From: an uncultured virus (IMG/VR IMGVR_UViG_3300025030_000069)
Taxonomy: Duplodnaviria; Heunggongvirae; Uroviricota; Caudoviricetes; Crassvirales
Length of the DNA: 27,499 nucleotides
IMG/VR virus record: IMGVR_UViG_3300025030_000069
Strand: one strand, 5' to 3'
The notes below the pieces were generated by a model. That model was not told where the DNA came from and searched no databases. It saw nothing but the letters and a program-made list of their open reading frames with translations. Positions within the stretch are counted from its first letter, which is position 1; each line of letters opens with the position of its first letter. Position numbers and translations under genes: made by a program. Below are positions 17,067-26,093 of the stretch, one piece after another.

Positions 17067-18455
17067 ATGCTACCAGTCACCTTAAAAGTAACAAGTGATA
17101 ATTTTAAGCCTAATAAGGCAAATAATGCTTTTTTAGTAAGGGCTAAGCAATTTAATGATTTAATCGATTATATAAATGATGATTTAACTATTATTGACAA
17201 TAGTATTACAGCTATTGATAGATTTGTAACAAAGACATATGCTGAAGCATCTGCATTATTAAGTGCAAGTGAATTAGAACAAGGTACAATTTATTTTATA
17301 AGTGATAAATATCTTTATTTACAATCATTAGATATTGATGAATTTTCTTTAGACGGAAGATTAATTGCAAGAAATGCAGACCATGACGCTAATGGAGATT
17401 ATTCAGGTGTAACGGGATATAATTCTTCTCTTGGTATATGGCATTCAGGATTAACTCCGGCAGCAGGAGATGTAGTAATTTACAATAATTTACACTATAA
17501 GAATCTTACAGGTTCTGTTGGTACAGCTCCCAGTGGAGATGCTGTTAATTGGGTAGTTCTTGCTATATCCACTACTACCGGATATATCTATGAGATAGAT
17601 AAAATTGAATATGATTTTAATAATGACTGGATTCAAAAACAGATAGACAAACGAGGCAATATTTACAAGGCAAGTTATGCTGTCCAATATCCCATTTTAG
17701 GTTATAATCCAATTCCATATTTCAAATGGGGCAGTGATGGTACTACCGGAAATAATATTGATGAGGGATATTGTGATATAAGAAATTTCAGAGGTTCTTT
17801 TTCCGGAAATACAATGCTGACATTTTCTGACATACACAGTGTTACCGGAGTAGTAACATCAATTATAGCATATAATATTGTTGAACAATCTGGAAGTTTA
17901 AGCAACTCCTCTATGGGTGCAAATTCGTATTTTAATTATAATACAATACAACAGAATGTTCAGGTTTCAAATAAGACTTTTGATGCAAGTAAAGGTTTTA
18001 ATTATTCTATTTTTAATACAAACTCTGGTACTCAAACAATATCATACGAATATTCAAATATAGGAAAAATACTTACTACGGAATTATCTCTAACAACAGC
18101 ACAGGTAAAAACCTTGGGAACACCCATTTCAATTATTGCAGCTCCAGGAGCAGGAATGATTAATATTGTTTCTAACGCTTGGTATTATATAACATACGTT
18201 TCAACTCCTTATAACACACATACAAATTTAAATCTTATTTATGACGGAGGTAATTTTTATACACACGGAAGCTCTCAGGGTTTAAATGCAACTGTTAGTA
18301 GGGGACAGGCAATATCTGAACAAGTTGGTACAGGAAACACTATATTACAATTAATCCCCAATGCTTCTGTTGGAGTATATTGTAATACAGGAAATCCACA
18401 AACAGGAGATTCAGGAATTAAAGTTTATGTAACATATATGATTAAAATGCTTTAA
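17067..18455 (+). CDS. Mosaic fibre / receptor-binding-type protein
   Basis: 462 aa; N-terminus shared with 11717 protein, CBM5/12-like segment (W...GDVVIYNNLHY....GTAP....W), Asn/Ser-rich solenoid-like stretch, C-terminal domain shared with 20891 protein. Confidence 0.65.
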   Translation: MLPVTLKVTSDNFKPNKANNAFLVRAKQFNDLIDYINDDLTIIDNSITAIDRFVTKTYAEASALLSASELEQGTIYFISDKYLYLQSLDIDEFSLDGRLIARNADHDANGDYSGVTGYNSSLGIWHSGLTPAAGDVVIYNNLHYKNLTGSVGTAPSGDAVNWVVLAISTTTGYIYEIDKIEYDFNNDWIQKQIDKRGNIYKASYAVQYPILGYNPIPYFKWGSDGTTGNNIDEGYCDIRNFRGSFSGNTMLTFSDIHSVTGVVTSIIAYNIVEQSGSLSNSSMGANSYFNYNTIQQNVQVSNKTFDASKGFNYSIFNTNSGTQTISYEYSNIGKILTTELSLTTAQVKTLGTPISIIAAPGAGMINIVSNAWYYITYVSTPYNTHTNLNLIYDGGNFYTHGSSQGLNATVSRGQAISEQVGTGNTILQLIPNASVGVYCNTGNPQTGDSGIKVYVTYMIKML

Positions 18456-18458
18456 ATT

Positions 18459-19088
18459 ATGATAACAAGTTTCAAAACAATATTAGGAGAAAAAATTATT
18501 AATGGTATTAAAAAATATCTTAGAGATCATATTAATAGTTACCATGGTAATATAACAGCACCTATTAAAATGTATAAGGCACTACTAAGTGAAGATGCTC
18601 CAATAGCAACTAAAACATCAGGAACATTTACAGTAGGACAAATATGGACTATAAATACTTATAATACTGATGATGATTTTAGTAATATGGAATTAATTAG
18701 TGGAACAATGAATACTAACGGTTGTGTATTTAGAGCGACTTCTACTACTCCTACTCATTGGGCACATTTAAGTGATTTATCTTATGATGGTGCTCCATAT
18801 ATAGTTTCTACAGATAGTAACGGTAATTTAAATCCTTTTGTAAATACTTTAGGAGGAGATATTATATGGTCTTATGTTTCAGCGGGATATTATGAAGGGA
18901 CATTAACAGGAGCTTTTATAGAAGAAAAAATATTTCTTAATATATCCGGTGGAACAGTGGACGTAAATCAAGTGGTGGGATGGAATGACATTAATAGTAT
19001 ATATATAAATGTCGTGAGTCTGCCAGATATGGTTTATTCTGATAGTAGTTTATATTATTCTCCTATAACAATAGAAGTTTATCAATAA
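18459..19088 (+). CDS. Hypothetical virion structural protein
   Basis: 209 aa, tightly packed in the structural operon; beta-rich with KMYKALLS and NTLGGDIIWSYVSAGYYEGTLTGAF segments. Confidence 0.55.
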   Translation: MITSFKTILGEKIINGIKKYLRDHINSYHGNITAPIKMYKALLSEDAPIATKTSGTFTVGQIWTINTYNTDDDFSNMELISGTMNTNGCVFRATSTTPTHWAHLSDLSYDGAPYIVSTDSNGNLNPFVNTLGGDIIWSYVSAGYYEGTLTGAFIEEKIFLNISGGTVDVNQVVGWNDINSIYINVVSLPDMVYSDSSLYYSPITIEVYQ

Positions 19089-19105
19089 ATTTAAAATAAA
19101 TAATT

Positions 19106-19660
19106 ATGTTTAAAGAATCATCTTGTACTGATAATTTTACTTTATTACAAGGAGTTAAAGGAGAAAGAGGTGAAAAAGGTAATACTGGAAGCCAAGGTAT
19201 ACAAGGACAGCAAGGTCCTGCTGGCCCAACAGGCCCTTCAGGTGCATATAAAATTGATATAAGTTTAAGAGAAGGAAATAATCCTTATGTAATACTTAAT
19301 ACTGAAGACCCTGTTAAAAAACCGTTGGGTTATTTTATATACCCTGGTTCAAATTCTTATCATTTTCAAACTATCAGTGTTGCAGTAGGTGTAACTGCGG
19401 CATTTAATTCTCTTACGGCATATATTTATATTTATAATATTGAATCTGATGGTAGTCAAAGTTTAGTAGCTACTTTAAGTGAATTTGTTGAAACTACTAT
19501 GGGTGATACTACCGCTTTAGAGTTTTATTTTGTTTTACATACAAATAATCTTTCAAATCTTCCGGCAGATCAGAGTACTTTTGCAGTATATGGTTCTGCA
19601 TCAGGATATGAACCTGACGAAGGTTTAATAGCAAAAGCTTATGCTTTAGAAATGAGATAA
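19106..19660 (+). CDS. Collagen-repeat fibre protein 1
   Basis: 11 contiguous Gly-X-Y triplets (19151-19249) followed by a beta-rich globular domain. Confidence 0.75.
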   Translation: MFKESSCTDNFTLLQGVKGERGEKGNTGSQGIQGQQGPAGPTGPSGAYKIDISLREGNNPYVILNTEDPVKKPLGYFIYPGSNSYHFQTISVAVGVTAAFNSLTAYIYIYNIESDGSQSLVATLSEFVETTMGDTTALEFYFVLHTNNLSNLPADQSTFAVYGSASGYEPDEGLIAKAYALEMR

Positions 19661-19662
19661 TT

Positions 19663-20268
19663 ATGTCAATATACAAATATACAAATAATACTGCATTTAA
19701 TATTTCTGATATTCAGGGAGAAACTGGATATACTGGTTATCCGGGGTCTCCTGGAATTCCTGGAATAGATGGTATAGAAGGGCCTATGGGTTCTAAAGGA
19801 GAAGATAATGTAATTAAAACTGAAATTGGTTTTTCAAGTGCTCATGCACCTTATGCTGTAGTAAGAGGGTTACAAGGAACTAATATAAATATAAATAATA
19901 ATATATTAACGTTAGTAGGAACTTGTATTTTAACAAATCCCCGACTTATCACCTCAATAAAAATACTAGCCAAAGCAGCTACTAATAATAAAATATGCTT
20001 AGCGAGATTTTATATAAAAAGTTTACATACAGAAGATTTTAATTATAATAACATTATAGCAAGTAAACCCACTACCGGAGTAGATTCGGCATATTTTTCA
20101 GGATTAGGTGCAGAAGTAGATTATAAAGTAATAGATTTAAATGGAGCTTGCATGAGTAATAGTCTTCTTCCTCCTGTAGAAACTCTTGTAGGATTATATG
20201 CTTGGATAGAAAAACCGGAATCAGAAGCAAAGATTGAATTACATATAGCACAAATGACTTTACAATAA
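19663..20268 (+). CDS. Collagen-repeat fibre protein 2
   Basis: 10 contiguous Gly-X-Y triplets (19717-19806) followed by a beta-rich globular domain. Confidence 0.75.
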   Translation: MSIYKYTNNTAFNISDIQGETGYTGYPGSPGIPGIDGIEGPMGSKGEDNVIKTEIGFSSAHAPYAVVRGLQGTNININNNILTLVGTCILTNPRLITSIKILAKAATNNKICLARFYIKSLHTEDFNYNNIIASKPTTGVDSAYFSGLGAEVDYKVIDLNGACMSNSLLPPVETLVGLYAWIEKPESEAKIELHIAQMTLQ

Positions 20269-20879
20269 TGACAACATATTATACAACAAATGATTTATTG
20301 TTTAGAAGAACAAGGATTGCTCAATGTCTAACTGATCAGATAGATGATATTACCAATCATTGTTTTTATGGAGAATTACTATGTTGTGAAGAATTAACAG
20401 AATTAGAATATGTATCGGCTTCTTTAGAATTTATATCATGTTATACACCTGTTACTATAGAAATTACATTTGATGTTCCTTCTGCACTTGGATTTTCTAT
20501 TACTGTAGGAGATACTGTTACAGATACTACAGGAGGAGGTACAGGAACAGTTACTGTTGTAGATACTGATACAATAACTATTGAAGTTACTATAGAAGGA
20601 ATATGGCTTGATGGAGATTCTGTAACTTTTACAGGTGGAAGTACAACTATTGAAAGCGATCCTGTAGAAGAAACTGATGATGGAATAGTTAATTGTTTAA
20701 CAGAAGCACAATTAGATAATATATTTAATAATATTGCAGATATTACAGGTTTATGTTTCCCGGATAAAGGTGCAACATTTAGTAATACTGTATGGTCTGC
20801 TCAAGAAGAATATCTTACAGATGAAAATGGAGACTTTATTACAATAGAATCAGAAGAAATAATAATAACAACAGGTTAA
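20268..20879 (+). CDS. Acidic Cys-containing structural protein (possible second tail-hub protein)
   Basis: 203 aa; helical Cys-containing ends (YGELLCCEEL, NCLTEAQLDNI) around a Thr/Gly beta insert; TAATG coupling to upstream gene. Hub identity is inferred from gene order. Confidence 0.45.
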   Translation: MTTYYTTNDLLFRRTRIAQCLTDQIDDITNHCFYGELLCCEELTELEYVSASLEFISCYTPVTIEITFDVPSALGFSITVGDTVTDTTGGGTGTVTVVDTDTITIEVTIEGIWLDGDSVTFTGGSTTIESDPVEETDDGIVNCLTEAQLDNIFNNIADITGLCFPDKGATFSNTVWSAQEEYLTDENGDFITIESEEIIITTG

Positions 20880-20890
20880 AAAATACAAAA

Positions 20891-22462
20891 ATGCCAGAAA
20901 TTACAGATTTAACATTAAGACCGGATTCTTCAGTCGATGGTTCAGAAGAAATACCTGTACAATTAGCAGGAGTAGGATATAAAGTTAATGCTTCAGGAAT
21001 TGTTAAAGCAATTCAGGATGAACTTGATTCTTATGAATTAGCTACTGATGCTACTTTAGCTGCTCTAACTGCTGATAAATTAAATAAGACAGGTGGAACT
21101 CTTACTGGTGCATTAACTCTATCAGGAGCACCTTCTAATCCACTTCATGCTGCACCTAAGAATTTTGTTGAAGGATTGATAGCAGGATTAGCTCCAACAA
21201 CAGGAGCCTCCTTTGATATTACTACAACAGGTATTACTCAAATAGATACAATAGAAGATAATACTTTAGCGACTACTGAATATGTAGCTAATAAAATTGA
21301 ATATGAAACAAGAAAAACTACTGAAATTGCCAGTACACCCAAAATACTTACAGAAGCAGATAGAGGAATTTTACTTGTAACTCATACAACAATTGCCCCG
21401 GTAGTTATTAATCTTCCTCAAATATCTGCATTAGCAATATCAACAGATAGAACAGAATTTACTATTATAGATGCAGGATTAAATGCTGAAAATAACAACA
21501 TTACTATTAATTCTTTTGCAGGAGATACAATTAATGGAAGCAGTTCATTAGTAATTACTATTGATGGTGGTACTGCGACTTTAGTTAATAATGGAAGTAC
21601 TGGTTGGTTTGAAAAAGATAAAGAGCAAAGTGCCAGTGAAACTGCTAAAGGACTTATAGAATTAGCTAATACTACAGAAGTAGCACTTTTAGCAGATACT
21701 ACAAGAGCTGTTACAGCAGCTGGATTAAATAATTCTTATTTAACTTCAATTTTTAAAACTACTAATGTAGGTACAACTCCTTTTTCAGCATTAGAAGCCC
21801 ATACAGGAATATTAAGAGTACAATTAGCTGGACCAATAACTATAAATTTACCTTTTATTGCAGCTTTAACCAGCGCAGTTAAAACACGTTATACTATTGT
21901 AGATGAAAGAGGCACAGCTTCCACTGCACCTATTACTATAAATGCCAATGGTGCAAATACAATAAATGGAGAAAGTTCTTATGTAATTGATGAAGATTAT
22001 GGAGCTGTTAGTTTATATACAGTAGGAGCTACTACAACTTGGTTTACATCTTCAAACTCAAATGAAGGCCCTATAAAATATGCAAGTCTTTCTATAGCAA
22101 CAGCAGATGTATTAACATTAAATTCAGTTCCTAAAGAAATTATTCCTGCTCCAGGTGCAGGTAAAATTATATTAATATTATCGGCAGATGCTTTTTTAGG
22201 TTTTAACTCAATAGCTTATGCTACAAATACTACTCTGCAATTAAGATATAATTTTGCAGCAGCAGTAGTAGCATCTTCTGCAAGTTTCTTAGCTGTTACC
22301 AATTCTCCTTGTAAACCTATTTTAAGAACTTATAATTCAGGAGTAGGTACTTTTCAAGCTATTAGTAATACATCTGTTTTAGTAGATGTGGCTACAGGAG
22401 ATCCTACTGCCGGGAATTCAGATATTAAAGTTATGGTTTCATATAGAATAGTTGATTTATAA
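20891..22462 (+). CDS. Tail fibre protein with internal domain duplication
   Basis: 523 aa; fibre motifs KTGGTLTGALTL..P...HAAPKNFV, LATTEYV, ASETAKGLIELA...TRAVT; two ~97-aa repeats; C-terminal domain shared with 17067 protein. Confidence 0.75.
   Translation: MPEITDLTLRPDSSVDGSEEIPVQLAGVGYKVNASGIVKAIQDELDSYELATDATLAALTADKLNKTGGTLTGALTLSGAPSNPLHAAPKNFVEGLIAGLAPTTGASFDITTTGITQIDTIEDNTLATTEYVANKIEYETRKTTEIASTPKILTEADRGILLVTHTTIAPVVINLPQISALAISTDRTEFTIIDAGLNAENNNITINSFAGDTINGSSSLVITIDGGTATLVNNGSTGWFEKDKEQSASETAKGLIELANTTEVALLADTTRAVTAAGLNNSYLTSIFKTTNVGTTPFSALEAHTGILRVQLAGPITINLPFIAALTSAVKTRYTIVDERGTASTAPITINANGANTINGESSYVIDEDYGAVSLYTVGATTTWFTSSNSNEGPIKYASLSIATADVLTLNSVPKEIIPAPGAGKIILILSADAFLGFNSIAYATNTTLQLRYNFAAAVVASSASFLAVTNSPCKPILRTYNSGVGTFQAISNTSVLVDVATGDPTAGNSDIKVMVSYRIVDL
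21317..22045 (+). repeat. Two copies of a ~97-aa domain (21317-21610 and 21758-22045) in the fibre gene
   Basis: Both copies follow TT...TP....E...GIL.V.....P..INLP.I.AL.....T..TI.D........ITIN.....TING.SS.VI..D.G...L.......WF. Confidence 0.8.
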
Positions 22463-22698
22463 TGGAACAGGAAAGTAAAGATATAAAAGAAATAAAAGAT
22501 ACTCTTCACGAGCATAGTAAAATTCTAATTAAATTAGATCATACTATATGTGGAGATGAAAGAGCTTCTGTAGATGGTTTTGGAAAACGTATAAAGAATC
22601 TTGAAGTTTATCAGGATAGTGATAAAAAGAGATGGGCTACTATTACAGGAATTTATTTAAGTATAACTGCATTTATATACTGGATTTTTAATAAATGA
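22462..22698 (+). CDS. Small membrane protein, holin/antiholin candidate
   Basis: 78 aa; soluble coiled-coil N-terminus and one C-terminal hydrophobic helix (WATITGIYLSITAFIYWIF); overlaps the lysozyme start (ATGA). Confidence 0.55.
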   Translation: MEQESKDIKEIKDTLHEHSKILIKLDHTICGDERASVDGFGKRIKNLEVYQDSDKKRWATITGIYLSITAFIYWIFNK

Positions 22699-23150
22699 AT
22701 ATTTCAAATAAGTGTTTATCTCTTATAAAGAAATTTGAAGGATTTAGTTCTAAACCTTATCTATGTCCTGCTAATGTACCTACAATTGGTTATGGTACAA
22801 CGTATTATGAAAATAAGATAAGAGTTACTTTAGAAGATGAAGTTATAACTGAAGAAAAAGCTACTCAATTATTATATCATATTATAAAAAAATTTGAGAA
22901 AGGTGTCAATGAATTAATTAAATCTACTATTAATCAAAATCAATTTGATGCTTTAGTTAGTTTTACTTATAATTTAGGATTGACTAATTTAAAAAATTCT
23001 ACACTGCTTAAAAAAGTAAATGTTAATCCTGTTGATAAAAGTATATTTGATCAGTTTCTACGTTGGAATAAAGCTAACGGTAAAGAATTAGCAGGATTAA
23101 CTGCAAGAAGATTAGAAGAAGCTACTTTATATTTTAAACCTATAGTTTAG
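22695..23150 (+). CDS. Endolysin, GH24 phage lysozyme
   Basis: E-x8-C-x5-T triad (FEGFSSKPYLCPANVPTIGYG), NQNQFDALVSFTYNLG, STLLKK, RWNKA.GK.L.GL..RR..E; no N-terminal signal-anchor. Confidence 0.95.
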   Translation: MNISNKCLSLIKKFEGFSSKPYLCPANVPTIGYGTTYYENKIRVTLEDEVITEEKATQLLYHIIKKFEKGVNELIKSTINQNQFDALVSFTYNLGLTNLKNSTLLKKVNVNPVDKSIFDQFLRWNKANGKELAGLTARRLEEATLYFKPIV

Positions 23151-23416
23151 TGAAAAATTTTAGTTTTATAATTAAAGAATTACTATTGACTTTTAGTGCA
23201 CAGGAAAGTTTATTTAGTTCAAAGAAAATTGAAAGATTTTTAGCTTTTATAATATCTATATCTCTTACTGTTTTATATATTCTCTTTAATATAAGAACAA
23301 TGACATCTGAAGGATTTACTATTGTAATAGCACCTTTAATTACTTATTCAATGTATAATTCCTACAGAACACATCAAGATAAAAAATTAAAGAACTCAAA
23401 TGGGCCTGACATTTAA
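23150..23416 (+). CDS. Two-TM membrane protein, holin candidate
   Basis: 88 aa, GTG start overlapping the lysozyme TAG; FSSKKIER then two hydrophobic helices and a basic tail. Confidence 0.6.
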   Translation: MKNFSFIIKELLLTFSAQESLFSSKKIERFLAFIISISLTVLYILFNIRTMTSEGFTIVIAPLITYSMYNSYRTHQDKKLKNSNGPDI

Positions 23417-23996
23417 ATTTGAATATATAATAATTATATTGTTAATTGTATTAGGATTATTTATTTCTCAATGCCCTTCTCCAAGACCTTCTAATATAAC
23501 AAGTGAATATAGTTCAGACACAACTATTATATATAAGTCTGACACAATTAAAATATATGATACTTTAATAAAAACCATTAAAGTTTATATTAATAAACCT
23601 ACTATCATATATCTTCCAAGTGATTCTAATTCTTTAGATTCTGTTTCTATTAATCAATATATTACCAAAGTAAATGATTCTATCATTGAAGGCAGTATAT
23701 ATTCACAAGTAGAAGGAATATTAAAGAATCAGGAATTATTGTATAAACTTAAACTACCTCTCCAAATTATAATAAGAGATAGTATCTTCTCCACTATAAA
23801 CACTATACATACAATAAGAGATAATAGAATAGCCTTTATATCAGGTATAGAATCAGGAGGAAATATAAATACTTTTGATTTTAGTCTTATAGGAGGATTA
23901 AAACTACAAAATGATTGGGATATTCTTTATAGATATGGAATTATCTCCAAAACTCACAGTGTAGGTATTACAAAAAGTTTTCCTATTGGAAAATAA
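23400..23996 (+). CDS. Membrane-anchored protein, spanin candidate
   Basis: 198 aa; N-terminal hydrophobic helix ending ISQC, DT-x repeats, C-terminal amphipathic beta-strands; last gene of the lysis cassette. Confidence 0.5.
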   Translation: MGLTFKFEYIIIILLIVLGLFISQCPSPRPSNITSEYSSDTTIIYKSDTIKIYDTLIKTIKVYINKPTIIYLPSDSNSLDSVSINQYITKVNDSIIEGSIYSQVEGILKNQELLYKLKLPLQIIIRDSIFSTINTIHTIRDNRIAFISGIESGGNINTFDFSLIGGLKLQNDWDILYRYGIISKTHSVGITKSFPIGK

Positions 23997-24068
23997 TTTA
24001 TTTCTATAATGCCTTTATTTTTATTATCTTTACTGTTAATTCCAGTTATATTAACTAAATATATCTAA

Positions 24069-24911
24069 ATGAATAAAGAAGCAGTTAAACAATTTCTCAT
24101 TGAGAAAAAAGGATATTTAAAAAAATCAGCTTTAGAAGTCGCAAAAGTTTTATGGAAAAATAGTAATAAATATACATTATCAAAACACACAGAACAATTA
24201 AAAAAAGAAATTAAACAAATTAGTGAAATTCAATCTGCTCTTAGAAAAGCACAAAAATTTGAAACTAATATACATGATAATATTCTTTTAGATGCTTATA
24301 ATCAGATTATAGAAGAAAAAAATAAACCTAAAAGAATTTTATTTTTTGATATTGAGACGAGTTTTAATCAAGTATGTAGTTGGCAGATTGGTAGGAAAAT
24401 TAATCTATCTCCAGAGAATATATTAGTAGAAAGAAAAATTATAACAATTTGTTATAAATTCTCTGATTCAGATAAAGTACATAGTCTTACTTGGGATAAT
24501 AATCAGAATGATAAAAAAATGTTAGAAAGATTCTCTAAGATCATGGATAGTGCAGATATTATTTGTGGGCACAATAGTGATGCTTTTGATACTAAGCATA
24601 TACGCACAAGATGTATGTACCATAGTATTTCATTAAGTCCTAAGTATAACTCAATAGACACGCTTAAATTAGCACGCAGTGGTTTTAAAATGAATAGCAA
24701 TAAACTTGATTATATTGGACAATATTTAGGAGAAGGTCAAAAAATAGATACTGGAGGATTGCAACTTTGGAAAGATGTTATCCTAAAAAAAGATAAAAAA
24801 GCTCTAAATACTATGATAAATTATTGTTGTGGAGATGTTTTGCTACTTGAAAAAGTTTATAAAAGACTCCAGAAATTCTCTTCTTCTAAAAAATTTAAAT
24901 TTTCTATTTAA
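24069..24911 (+). CDS. RNase H-fold DEDDy 3'-5' exonuclease (YprB/RNase_H_2-like)
   Basis: ExoI ILFFDIETS, ExoII ICGHNSDAFD, IDTLKLAR, NKLDYI, ExoIII YCCGDV; ~85-aa basic helical N-terminal extension. Confidence 0.85.
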   Translation: MNKEAVKQFLIEKKGYLKKSALEVAKVLWKNSNKYTLSKHTEQLKKEIKQISEIQSALRKAQKFETNIHDNILLDAYNQIIEEKNKPKRILFFDIETSFNQVCSWQIGRKINLSPENILVERKIITICYKFSDSDKVHSLTWDNNQNDKKMLERFSKIMDSADIICGHNSDAFDTKHIRTRCMYHSISLSPKYNSIDTLKLARSGFKMNSNKLDYIGQYLGEGQKIDTGGLQLWKDVILKKDKKALNTMINYCCGDVLLLEKVYKRLQKFSSSKKFKFSI

Positions 24912-25396
24912 TGAATACAAAAGAATGTAACTATTGTCATGAACAAAGACCTTTAGATAATTTCAAAACTAATCTAACTTCTCAATGTAAAATTTGTAAA
25001 AAAGCTTACATGAGAAATTATTTCTTAGAACATAAAGATCTATTTTCTAATTATGCTATAAAACAAAAAACTAAATCATATTATAAACCAATGAGAAAAG
25101 GTATTAATATGAAAGCTAAATATGGTTTAAATACAGAAATTTATAACAAAATTTTAATAGAGCAAAATGAATGTTGCGCTATATGTAATGTACATCAATC
25201 TAATTTTAAAAAAAGTTTACATATTGACCATAATCATAACACAAATAAATTAAGAGGGTTATTATGTCATAATTGCAATATTGCTTTAGGACTTTTTCAA
25301 GACTCCTCTGAACTTCTACTAAAAGCATCAGAATATCTCAAATCACATCAAGAAAATACTTTAGTAAATAAAATAAAAGAACTTATACCACTATAA
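24911..25396 (+). CDS. Endonuclease VII-type His-Me nuclease, probable free-standing homing endonuclease
   Basis: N-terminal CxxC..CxxC, then KYGL....Y..IL.EQ...CAIC...LHIDHNH....LRGLLCHNCNIALGLFQD. Confidence 0.88.
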   Translation: MNTKECNYCHEQRPLDNFKTNLTSQCKICKKAYMRNYFLEHKDLFSNYAIKQKTKSYYKPMRKGINMKAKYGLNTEIYNKILIEQNECCAICNVHQSNFKKSLHIDHNHNTNKLRGLLCHNCNIALGLFQDSSELLLKASEYLKSHQENTLVNKIKELIPL

Positions 25397-25397
25397 A

Positions 25398-26093
25398 ATG
25401 ACTTTAAATGAATTAATTTACGATATTATATCAATAGCAAAGCCACAACTTTCAGATGATACTGAATTATCAGAAAGACAAGTAGCTTTTTGGATTAAAA
25501 CTGTCAGAGCTATGCTCATACGACAGGATGCTAACAAAGGGCATAGTTTCAATGATTTCTTAGTACAAACTTTATGCGTTGATTTAGAATCCGCTGATGC
25601 AAGTTTATGTTGTGGTGTTGATTTAGGATGCCCTATTTTGCGTTCTACAAAGAAGTTACCCCAAACTATAGAGCTATATCAACAGCAATCTATTACATCC
25701 GTAGGACCAGTCAATATGACTAAAAAACATTTCTTACTTATAGACTTTAACAGAGTTCCTCATATTACTAACGGTAGATTTACAAGTAATGAAATTTACA
25801 CTTTTCTAAAAGATGAATATCTTTATATATATACTAAAAATCCTAAATTTAAATCTCTTAAAGCAGTAGCATTTAGAGGTATATTTGAAGATCCTACAGA
25901 AGCCAAAATTTTTAAATCCTGTACAAATGAATCTGAAGCTTGTTATACTAATGATTCTGTTTATCCTATATCTTCATGGATGATAGATTCTATCAAAAAT
26001 ATAATACTTAAAAATTATTTACTTGTTCAGGTTAAATCAGAACAAATAACCGATAATCAAAATAATGCCAAACAAGATAATATTCAAGGATGA
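25398..26093 (+). CDS. Tail ring/tubular protein (crAss-like)
   Basis: 231 aa; MTLNELIYDI, SDDTELSERQVAFWI...RAMLIRQ, ILRSTKKLP, YLYI, GIFEDP, YPIS; directly before the IHF-like gene as in crAss-like tail modules. Confidence 0.75.
   Translation: MTLNELIYDIISIAKPQLSDDTELSERQVAFWIKTVRAMLIRQDANKGHSFNDFLVQTLCVDLESADASLCCGVDLGCPILRSTKKLPQTIELYQQQSITSVGPVNMTKKHFLLIDFNRVPHITNGRFTSNEIYTFLKDEYLYIYTKNPKFKSLKAVAFRGIFEDPTEAKIFKSCTNESEACYTNDSVYPISSWMIDSIKNIILKNYLLVQVKSEQITDNQNNAKQDNIQG

Noticed and set aside
11717..22462. Diversity-generating retroelement or invertase shufflon acting on fibre genes
   Set aside because: No reverse transcriptase or recombinase in the window; shared segments differ at all base types rather than only adenines; no inverted cassettes seen.
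22695..22790. SAR endolysin with disulfide activation (Cys7 plus catalytic Cys24)
   Set aside because: The N-terminus is short and charged with no signal-anchor helix; Cys in the triad is a common GH24 variant.
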